Of a stretch of 41,015 nt of DNA, positions 28,455 to 36,241 are shown piece by piece. The notes below the pieces were generated by a model. The model worked only from the letters and a program-made list of their open reading frames with translations, was not told the origin of the DNA and searched no databases. The number at the start of each line of letters is the position of its first letter. Position 1 is the first letter of the stretch. The DNA is from Candidatus Micrarchaeota archaeon (lineage in GTDB: Archaea; Micrarchaeota; Micrarchaeia; Anstonellales; Bilamarchaeaceae): NCBI GenBank assembly GCA_018304385.1, contig JAGVWJ010000016.1, positions 1-41,015 of the forward strand, given 5' to 3'. Position numbers and translations under genes: made by a program.

Positions 28455-29261
28455 ATGCAATTCAATAAAAAACCAATAACATCAGTAAGAATTAGGGATT
28501 TCATTATAAGAAAAATGAGTTTCTATTGGTCCTTTTTTAATTATAGTAAATTCTCTATGTTATTATACCTAATCCAATATCCATTACGAAAGTTCGGGTT
28601 GCTAAAAAATGGTATTCTATTTGTAGAAAAGAGATTCATTCGTTGTCCGGAGATATGTATCCTAGATGAAATATTTTTTAGAAATGTTTATTGCAGGCTA
28701 AAAGATTTTGAGCCAGATGAACGTACGTTGGTTATTGATGCAGGGGCCAATGTTGGTTTTTTCTCATTAAAGCACCTAACATATGGATGCGACATAATAG
28801 TGATCGAGCCGGAATCAGAGAACTTTAAGCTTTTGACTTACAATCTTAAATCCTATGGAAAAGCAAGGTTTTTGGAAAAGGCGCTAATGAAGGAGAATGG
28901 AAAGGCAAGGATACTCTTGAGTAATTCCGTAACACACACAGTCGTAGATTCTTCTACTTCTAGGTCAGCCCAAAACGAAGCTGAGGTGGATGCAATAAGC
29001 CTGGATAGTCTAGGAGATTTAATAAGCAAGGGGCAAAGGGTCTTACTAAAAATAGATATCGAAGGAGCGGAATTGGATGCACTAAGGGGTGGCCTTAGTT
29101 TTATTAAAAAACATAACCCTCTTTTAATGGTAGAAACACATTCCTTGGAAATAGAAAAATCTGTAGATAAGCTTCTAGTCAAAGAGTGCGGATATAAAAG
29201 AGTAAACTCAGTAGACATGACTGAAGGGGGGCTTGTAAAGGTTATCTACTATTACAAATAA
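28455..29261 (+). CDS. FkbM family methyltransferase
   Basis: VIDAGANVGFFS, VIEPESENF, LKIDIEGAE..L.G; GGTGAGG RBS before ATG 28455. Confidence 0.88.
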   Translation: MQFNKKPITSVRIRDFIIRKMSFYWSFFNYSKFSMLLYLIQYPLRKFGLLKNGILFVEKRFIRCPEICILDEIFFRNVYCRLKDFEPDERTLVIDAGANVGFFSLKHLTYGCDIIVIEPESENFKLLTYNLKSYGKARFLEKALMKENGKARILLSNSVTHTVVDSSTSRSAQNEAEVDAISLDSLGDLISKGQRVLLKIDIEGAELDALRGGLSFIKKHNPLLMVETHSLEIEKSVDKLLVKECGYKRVNSVDMTEGGLVKVIYYYK

Positions 29262-29398
29262 ATTTGCTATTGAAATTAAATCTTATCCTTCATTCTTCTA
29301 TAAAACGTTTCACCATCAGGAATTTTTTCTCTTTCTAAGAACGCTCTAACATTATCCTCACCGAATTCGATTATGGCGGCGTACCTAGTTATGTATAC

Positions 29399-29662
29399 AT
29401 GGGTGGAAAGTCAGTTCCTATTAATGGTACTAACAAAGATGTTATTGTAGTTGGCAATGGTTATATTGCTTCTAGTACATTTGCTGCCGTTCCTGGTTCT
29501 GATTTTGAAGGATTGGACCAAAACAAGACCTACTTAGCAGATGCTCAACTAAGTTTTCAAAATCGTCGTCATGAATTACTAATACCTAAAGCAGATGGTA
29601 ATTGGAGACAAGATTCAATTGATAAGGCTACGATCAGCGTAAAATTTAAACTAAAAGAATAA
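29399..29662 (+). CDS. Hypothetical protein, possibly a 5'-truncated remnant
   Basis: Protein-like 87 aa. The frame stays open 20 codons upstream to a stop at 29336 and has no clear RBS. Confidence 0.4.
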   Translation: MGGKSVPINGTNKDVIVVGNGYIASSTFAAVPGSDFEGLDQNKTYLADAQLSFQNRRHELLIPKADGNWRQDSIDKATISVKFKLKE

Positions 29663-29748
29663 ATAATCATCAACCATCTATAGATGATAAAAGATTTTTT
29701 TTGTTTAGTTAGCAAAAGCTTAATAAAGCATTATTCTGTTCTCTATCT

Positions 29749-30756
29749 ATGGTCAAATTAATAATATTCATTCTATTCGTTACCTTGTTCTTATTAGGTT
29801 GTACAACAAATCAACCACAGGATAAAACACAAGACGAACCTCAAGAAAAATTCGATGACAAAATTGAAGGAACACTTTGCAATGCAGTAATCAGAAACCA
29901 TAACAAAGCAGATAACGATCGGGTTAATATCATATTTGTAGGATTTAATATTAGCAAAGATGATTTTGTTGAATTTTTGCCTAATGCAGTTGATTACGAC
30001 GCAACTGGTTTTACTACTTCTTTTAGACAGAAATATAAGTATATTACAGAATCAGGTGAACTTATAATTGTAGAACCTGGTCAGGAAATTAATTTTTATG
30101 GTTTTCTTGGTATGGAACCGTTTAAATCTAATAAAAATAAATTTAATTTCTGGTATGTTGATGAAATTCAATCAGTTAATATACCAAAGCCATCCAAAAA
30201 AGGCCTTCCTTCAAGTGCCTGCTCGTTCTTATGCAAAAGCGACATTGAACAAACATGCGGTCTGAAGAATGTTTTTGTTGCGAACATATGCCATGCAACT
30301 GGTTGCACGCCAAGCGCTGTTTTTAATTCAGATGAATTTTATATTACTAATACAGAACCAGCAAACATAAGGGTATTTATTCATGAATTTGGCCATAGTT
30401 TCGGCGGATTGGCAGATGAGTATGCACCTGCATGGCAAAAAAGAGAACCTGCTGAAGGGTTATCCAGATATCCAAATTGTGCACCTGATCTAGAAACAGC
30501 TAAGAGATGGTGGAGTGATCTTGAAGGCCAAGGAGAAGGGGATCTTAAGATTGGTTATTTCCCAGGATGTAGTTTTGTTGGAGAATATTTCAAGCCAACT
30601 AAATCTTCTTTTATGAGCGCTAGTATTATGCAAGGCTTTGGGCCAGTTAATGAACGACATCTTCTAGAGCTGTTAGACTATTTCAGTGGAGAAAAACCTT
30701 CAAGCGAAAAAGATATGACTGCGATTAGGAAGGAATTAGCGGATAAGAGAAGCTAG
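29749..30756 (+). CDS. Lipoprotein with peptidase M64-like zinc metalloprotease domain
   Basis: Lipobox-like LFLLGC; IHEFGHSFGGLADEY; NIIFVG and FNFWYV segments typical of M64-like proteins. Confidence 0.75.
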   Translation: MVKLIIFILFVTLFLLGCTTNQPQDKTQDEPQEKFDDKIEGTLCNAVIRNHNKADNDRVNIIFVGFNISKDDFVEFLPNAVDYDATGFTTSFRQKYKYITESGELIIVEPGQEINFYGFLGMEPFKSNKNKFNFWYVDEIQSVNIPKPSKKGLPSSACSFLCKSDIEQTCGLKNVFVANICHATGCTPSAVFNSDEFYITNTEPANIRVFIHEFGHSFGGLADEYAPAWQKREPAEGLSRYPNCAPDLETAKRWWSDLEGQGEGDLKIGYFPGCSFVGEYFKPTKSSFMSASIMQGFGPVNERHLLELLDYFSGEKPSSEKDMTAIRKELADKRS

Positions 30757-30773
30757 TGAATAATTATGCTTTT

Positions 30774-32489
30774 CTATCTTCTAAGCGCTAGTTCTGGATA
30801 TCTTCCTTTACATCTTCTTTGATAAGAAATATCAATAGCTCTTCTTAGTGCTGCTGCAACTTCTCTGGTTCTGCTATGAATCTCTTCTGGATGTTTTAAA
30901 CCATCTATTCTTTCATTAAAATGGCCAGCCCCTACTTTGTGGCGAAATTCTCTATTAGCAAATTCATCCATTCCAACACCAAGAACTCTTTCTAATGCTT
31001 CATAATCCATACAATAAGCTGGTGTTATTCTTCGTCCATTTTCAGCAAGTACAAATTCATCATATGCTTTTTTGAGTGCATCTACAAACGGATGCCTTTG
31101 TCCATTATTCACAAGGTATTTTTTTTCTGTTTCGCTTATTCTTCTTAAAAATAATGGTGTTGCTTCGGATTCTTCTGAGCGCAGCTCATTGCAACCCATC
31201 CAATCTTTTAATGCAGGATTATCAGTTATTGATCTTATATGTATTATCCCAACACCAGTTCCCATCATAACAACTGCTGATACCTCCCATACAGAATCAC
31301 CAGCAAGTGCATCTATCATAGCTTTCTTTTTTGGCGCTTTCATAACTAGTTTTACTTTCTTACCAGAAACCTCTAAGCCTTGTTCAAGAATTCTTAATAC
31401 CCTGTCTCTATTAGTTCCAGCAAGTATATTAGAGGATAGAGGCGGACAATAAGCTACCATCTCACCAGTTCTTTTATTAGTCATTAATACTACAATATTT
31501 TCTGCAGAGCCCTCAACAATCTCGCCTTTATGATTTGTTACTAATATCTCTCCAAAACCTAATCTCATTGCTATGTTTACATTTCTTGCACAGTTTACAT
31601 AATTGCCTGCTATCTTTTGTGTAACGGGCATTGACTCATCAATTCTTGGCAAAGGAGCAATAAGAACGTCTAGGCCTTCCCTATACCCTTTATCATCTAG
31701 ATACAGCCCCCAGGGCAAGGTAGCAATTGCAAAGTATAATGGTTTATCTAATAATGGGCTACCTTTTTCTCTTCTAAACAGTGTTGGAACCCTAAGGCCT
31801 TCTTCACCAGAAACCCAAAAAAATGGTCTAAAGTATCCGCCTAAAATAATCTCTAATTGATCTGCAGAAAATTCGCCTTCTCGAACTAAGTCATTAAGAA
31901 ATGCCAGACTGCATATTGCAGCTTCCATCTCTTTTAATGAGAATACCTTTTCTTCATTATCGAACCTAACTTTTAATCTAAAAGGAACCGTAACCTTTTC
32001 AGTACTGCCGTCCTTACGGAATATCGTTACACCCATTTTTATCTCGTCGCCTTCCCGAACTGCGCGCTCAGAATCTGCAAAAAATTCCCTAGGTATTCTT
32101 TGAAGATGTTCCACATGCTCAATATTTGGATCTTCTAAAAGTGCCTTTGTCTGGTTAACAAGCGAAAGATTAAACGCGAGTGATGAAAAAACGAATCTTG
32201 CAATATTGCTAGGTAGTTCAACAAACCCATCGCCATAGCGCGTTCGAACTGCCCTGATGCCTTCAAACCCCCCTGCGCCGTAATGAAGTGGATTTGTGAG
32301 TATTGTGTCAACTGCTACTTCTGGTGGAACAAATCCGCCCATTCTACTATAATAAATAGCCCTTGCCATCTGATCCTGTGGGAATTTTGGCCCTACCCAG
32401 ATTCGCCCGTCTCGATCCACTACCCTAATTCCTAATACCTCAGTAATCTCTCTTTCTGCACCTGGAGGAAAACCCGTTCTTTTAATCAT
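30774..32489 (-). CDS. Class IV aminotransferase (branched-chain aminotransferase-like), unusually long
   Basis: LHYGAGGFEGIRA, YFRP, QKIAGNY (PLP Lys), EGSAENI, ILAGTNRD, MGTGVGI; about 571 aa. Confidence 0.85.
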   Translation of the reverse strand: MIKRTGFPPGAEREITEVLGIRVVDRDGRIWVGPKFPQDQMARAIYYSRMGGFVPPEVAVDTILTNPLHYGAGGFEGIRAVRTRYGDGFVELPSNIARFVFSSLAFNLSLVNQTKALLEDPNIEHVEHLQRIPREFFADSERAVREGDEIKMGVTIFRKDGSTEKVTVPFRLKVRFDNEEKVFSLKEMEAAICSLAFLNDLVREGEFSADQLEIILGGYFRPFFWVSGEEGLRVPTLFRREKGSPLLDKPLYFAIATLPWGLYLDDKGYREGLDVLIAPLPRIDESMPVTQKIAGNYVNCARNVNIAMRLGFGEILVTNHKGEIVEGSAENIVVLMTNKRTGEMVAYCPPLSSNILAGTNRDRVLRILEQGLEVSGKKVKLVMKAPKKKAMIDALAGDSVWEVSAVVMMGTGVGIIHIRSITDNPALKDWMGCNELRSEESEATPLFLRRISETEKKYLVNNGQRHPFVDALKKAYDEFVLAENGRRITPAYCMDYEALERVLGVGMDEFANREFRHKVGAGHFNERIDGLKHPEEIHSRTREVAAALRRAIDISYQRRCKGRYPELALRR

Positions 32490-32571
32490 TTTATTCACTA
32501 ATAATTTAAAGATTAGAAATGTATTTAAACCATGTTACAGTTTATTAAAAAATTCGTTGATTGCCTTATTG

Positions 32572-33156
32572 TTACTTTGGCTTTTTCTTAGGTTCTTCTA
32601 GCTTTTCATATAGATATATAGCAAATATTACCACCATTATAAATGAGAAAATAGTAATAAGTGTGCCCTTTACGCTCTCTTCTTCATACTTTTCCTTTGT
32701 TTTTACCTCAACAAAAAATTCAGTTGTGATTATTTTGCCGTTATGCTCAAAGTTGCTTATTATTTTGTAAGTTCCAGGTTCACTGAATATATACCCAGCT
32801 ATTGTATTTGGCACTCTTTTCTTATTTTCGAAATATTTCTTAAAATCTTCATTATTATTAATTATCTTATCATCTTTTTTAATCTCAAATTCTTTTCCAG
32901 ATAAGTAGTATACTTCTTCTACGCCTTCTCTTTTTAACGTTTCAAAGTCATATCCAAAGAATACCTTACTTCCAACTATAGGCTGCTTTGTTGGGGAAGA
33001 TGATGTCCCAACTATAAATGTAACTACATAATCGCCAAATCTTTTCTCTCTTATTACAGTTGATTCTTTGTTCCTTGGTATAAATGCTGAGATTACAAAC
33101 TGGATGATAAATAGTATTACAATTAAAATAGCAATAGCCTTTCTAAAACGTTGCAA
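32572..33156 (-). CDS. Hypothetical protein with N- and C-terminal transmembrane helices
   Basis: Hydrophobic ends; beta-rich core (YIFSEPGTYKII); GGAGG RBS before TTG. Confidence 0.7.
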   Translation of the reverse strand: MQRFRKAIAILIVILFIIQFVISAFIPRNKESTVIREKRFGDYVVTFIVGTSSSPTKQPIVGSKVFFGYDFETLKREGVEEVYYLSGKEFEIKKDDKIINNNEDFKKYFENKKRVPNTIAGYIFSEPGTYKIISNFEHNGKIITTEFFVEVKTKEKYEEESVKGTLITIFSFIMVVIFAIYLYEKLEEPKKKPK

Positions 33157-33573
33157 CTATATCCTCCCCATGGTTTCTCATTATTTTAAAGTCGTAGTAC
33201 TACTTATGGTTTCTACAGTGACGCGGGTTATCTATCCTCTCATGCCGCGTCGTCAATCTAATGAAGCATACAGCATTTATAAGTATTTTGTTTTGGATGA
33301 AACCTTTTAGCATTAGAAATATACAGCAACATAAAAGGATTGTCAAAGTTGCAAAAAAACTTTGACAAATTTTGACATGTAACTACATGTCAAAGGTTTC
33401 AATTGAAAAGAGTATATTTAAGAAAATGATGGCTAAATAGAATATATGTTCTCTTTATTAGAATTACCTTTATCGGTATGGAGCATTTGATTGCATAAGA
33501 TTATATCTCCATAAAAAATAAAAGAGAAATGTCTTATCTTATAAAAATGTTTTTTTATAAGTTAATTACAGTT
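33157..33573. promoter_or_regulatory. Divergent promoter region with several palindromes
   Basis: Palindromes or inverted repeats at 33194-33203, 33220-33251, 33340-33368, 33371-33394 and 33538-33561; TATA-like TTTATAAG at 33273-33280 and 33554-33561. Confidence 0.55.
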
Positions 33574-33706
33574 GCCTCGGTAGCTCAGTAGGTAGAGCAC
33601 CTGACTGTTATCTTTTGTACTGGTAACCCCAAACTAACTATTTTGGGGTGCCTTTTTTCAAAAGGCACAAATCAGGGGGTCGTCTGTTCGAGTCAGACTC
33701 GGGGCG
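33574..33706 (+). tRNA. tRNA-Asn(GTT) with a 60-nt canonical 37/38 intron (33611-33670)
   Basis: GCCTCGG/TCGGGGC acceptor, GCTC/GAGC D-stem, CCTGA-CTGTTA|A-TCAGG anticodon arm, GTCTG-TTCGAGT-CAGAC T-arm, G73. Confidence 0.93.
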
Positions 33707-33746
33707 TTTTTATTTCTATCTATTTTAACTATTAACAGGTGATTAT

Positions 33747-33899
33747 GTGGCAGTTGAATTTAGTGAATATAAAGGAAACAAATTAATCGTCTTAAAAAGA
33801 GTAGACGATGACAAATATCCATTTAGTTTTGGTAAGAATAAGGCAAAGCTAATTGTTGAAAACTTTGAAGACATAAAGAAGTTTGCTGAAGAGGAATAA
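33747..33899 (+). CDS. Small (50 aa) hypothetical protein missed by the ORF track
   Basis: GGTGA RBS + GTG start; MAVEFSEYKGNKLIVLKRVDDDKYPFSFGKNKAKLIVENFEDIKKFAEEE. Fills the gap between tRNA-Asn and the peptidase gene. Confidence 0.78.
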   Translation: MAVEFSEYKGNKLIVLKRVDDDKYPFSFGKNKAKLIVENFEDIKKFAEEE

Positions 33900-33921
33900 T
33901 TAAAAAAAGAAAAACAGAGTA

Positions 33922-35553
33922 TTATTTTGTTTTGAGATCTCTATAAAATCTTGCAAGCAGGTTCGCACCATAACCAAGCGCAAAACCATCGCCGCGGAAC
34001 CTGGGATCTTTCTTGAGCGCACCTGAACCATCCATCATAGGTGCCATATCTACATGTGCGAATGGAACATGTACTTCTTTACCATCATCACCAACGTAGA
34101 ATGCAAGCTCACGCAAAAATCTCGCTGCAGTGATATGTCCTGCCTCTTTTCCTAAATTAGATATGTTAGCCAAATCTGCAAGATCCCCTCCTTTTATAGC
34201 TTCAAGAATTGCTGGGTCCATAAACGTATCAAAGAAGTGTACTCTTTCACCTGTTGCTTGTGCTGCTTGTACTAAATTAGCTTTTAATCTATCATCTGCA
34301 GTAAATGCAGCAGCACCCATACCTTTACTAAGTGCAATTATCGCAGCGCCTGTTAATGTCGCAATAGTTACCATATTGTCAGGTCTTAAATGTGCGCCTA
34401 AAGCTAGTCCATCACCTAATACGAGCCTTCCTTCTGCATCTGTATTTTTTATTAGTACTCTTCTTCTTCCAATTTGAATTGCAGAATTTAGAAGATAAGC
34501 ATTTTCACTAATTCTGTTCTCTGCTATGCATGCTAATGCAAGAATATTACTTTGCCACCCTAACTGCAAAATCGCTCTTATCGCATTTACAACAGCTGCT
34601 GAGCCTTCCATGTCCATATGCATGTCAAACATACCCTCAGCTGATTTTACGCTCATACCGCCACTATCAAAAGTAATTCCTTTTCCAACCATTACATGAA
34701 GTGGATCTGTTTCACTATCCATCTGCCCCAATAATATCAGAGATCCCGGATTTGGAGATGCTCTACCCACGTTTGCGATGCCTTCCAATCCCATTGCTAC
34801 TAATTCTTCAGGCATTAATCTTAAAAATTGCAAACCGAATCTATGTGCAAAGAGTTCCAAAAGTAAAGGGTAAGTTGCTGGATTCAATTCGTCAGGAGAC
34901 ATGTCACTTAGATACCTTGCAGTGTTTTGACATCCTGCAAGAGTGAGTGCTTTTTTTAATTGGAATCTGTTTACCTCGTTATCTTCCTCTACTAATAAAT
35001 ATAACTCTTTTACTGCAACTGGTCGGTCTTCTTCGCTAACTCCCAATCTTTGATCGTAACGATAGGAGGATAGCATTGCACCTAGTGTAATAGCTTCAAC
35101 TAATGCTGGCTCCTTTAATGTTACCCCAGAACCACTAGGTAAATCAATAGTCACTACATCAAATTTTGCATTTTCTGCGCTTCTTACTGCTAGTGCCCCA
35201 AAATTCCTGGCTCCTTCTTCATCGAATTTTTCTCTTTTTCCTAAACCAATTAGTATCGTATGCTGCCCAGGTGAAGGATCATTATATAATTCTAAAACCT
35301 CGCCTGTTTTCCCTCTAAAACGGGGCGGAACGCTTTCACTACTCATCTCTCTCATATTTCCAACATCTTCTTCAAACAACCCCTTTACTACTAATTTAGT
35401 ACTTTGCTCTGCAAGCCTCAAACCAACCGTTTGAATACTTGGTTGCAAAAATCTGTCAGCGTGATCTTGCAATCTTTTGTCAGAAATAGCTGGTTCTGCT
35501 TTTGGGACCACTAATCGTCTCATTAGATCTGCTCTAGTTAAAAGTTGACCCAT
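33922..35553 (-). CDS. Leucyl aminopeptidase (M17)
   Basis: VGKGITFDSGG..K, DMEGSAAV, NTDAEGRLVLGDG, IATLTGA; AGGAG RBS before ATG 35553. Confidence 0.92.
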   Translation of the reverse strand: MGQLLTRADLMRRLVVPKAEPAISDKRLQDHADRFLQPSIQTVGLRLAEQSTKLVVKGLFEEDVGNMREMSSESVPPRFRGKTGEVLELYNDPSPGQHTILIGLGKREKFDEEGARNFGALAVRSAENAKFDVVTIDLPSGSGVTLKEPALVEAITLGAMLSSYRYDQRLGVSEEDRPVAVKELYLLVEEDNEVNRFQLKKALTLAGCQNTARYLSDMSPDELNPATYPLLLELFAHRFGLQFLRLMPEELVAMGLEGIANVGRASPNPGSLILLGQMDSETDPLHVMVGKGITFDSGGMSVKSAEGMFDMHMDMEGSAAVVNAIRAILQLGWQSNILALACIAENRISENAYLLNSAIQIGRRRVLIKNTDAEGRLVLGDGLALGAHLRPDNMVTIATLTGAAIIALSKGMGAAAFTADDRLKANLVQAAQATGERVHFFDTFMDPAILEAIKGGDLADLANISNLGKEAGHITAARFLRELAFYVGDDGKEVHVPFAHVDMAPMMDGSGALKKDPRFRGDGFALGYGANLLARFYRDLKTK

Positions 35554-35673
35554 AATACACACCTCTCCTTTATACATTAAAATTAAATCTTTACAATTTT
35601 AGAATTAGTGATATTCTATGTTTAGTAAGCTTTAAAAAAGAAACTGTAGCCAACCACAAAATAGTTACGATTA

Positions 35674-36114
35674 TCAGATTTCCTCTTTAATAGTTTCAAA
35701 GCATGCAAGCGTAAACGTCTTTGCTACGCCCTCTATCTTTCTTATTCTTTCTAAAACAAGCTTACCTATTTCTTCTAGGTTTTTTCCTCTTACCTTTGCA
35801 ATCATATCCCATTCTCCTGCAATAAGATGTATTTCATATACATCTGGTACTTTTGCTATTTTTTCTGCTACCTCTTTTTGTATTAGTTTATTAGGCAGGT
35901 AAGATATGAGAACAAAAGCACTTGTCTCATTTCCAAGTTTTTTATAATCTGGGATAACTGTAAATTTTTTTATAATTTCTTTATCTACTAATTTTTTTAT
36001 CCTCTCATGAACTGTAACCCTAGGAATGCCTGTCTTTCTTGAGATATCTACTGTGGATGCCCTTGAATTTCGTTTTAATTCTTCTAATATTAATGTATCC
36101 TTTTCGTCTTGCAT
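35674..36114 (-). CDS. Lrp/AsnC family transcriptional regulator
   Basis: DEKDTLILEELKRNSRAS..ISRKTG..TVHERIKKL HTH; EIHLIAGEWDMI RAM domain. Confidence 0.93.
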   Translation of the reverse strand: MQDEKDTLILEELKRNSRASTVDISRKTGIPRVTVHERIKKLVDKEIIKKFTVIPDYKKLGNETSAFVLISYLPNKLIQKEVAEKIAKVPDVYEIHLIAGEWDMIAKVRGKNLEEIGKLVLERIRKIEGVAKTFTLACFETIKEEI

Positions 36115-36241
36115 GACTACATAATGTCAACTTAAAGCTTATAAATATATCATTTCTGTTCATTTTGTCGGTTTTTTTAGGATTAAATATAAATAATAGT
36201 TTTTTCACTTTCTTTCACAATAACTAACAACAGGTGGTCCC

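Noticed and set aside
33249-33258. 10-mer GTCGTCAATC shared with the 3' end of the tRNA-Ala T-loop intron (7331-7340)
   Set aside because: A single 10-nt match is plausible by chance given the many k-mers compared, and the flanks do not align.
33157-33573. Replication origin
   Set aside because: AT-rich and palindromic, but no recognisable ORB consensus and no cdc6/orc1 nearby. Kept only as an unexplained palindrome cluster.
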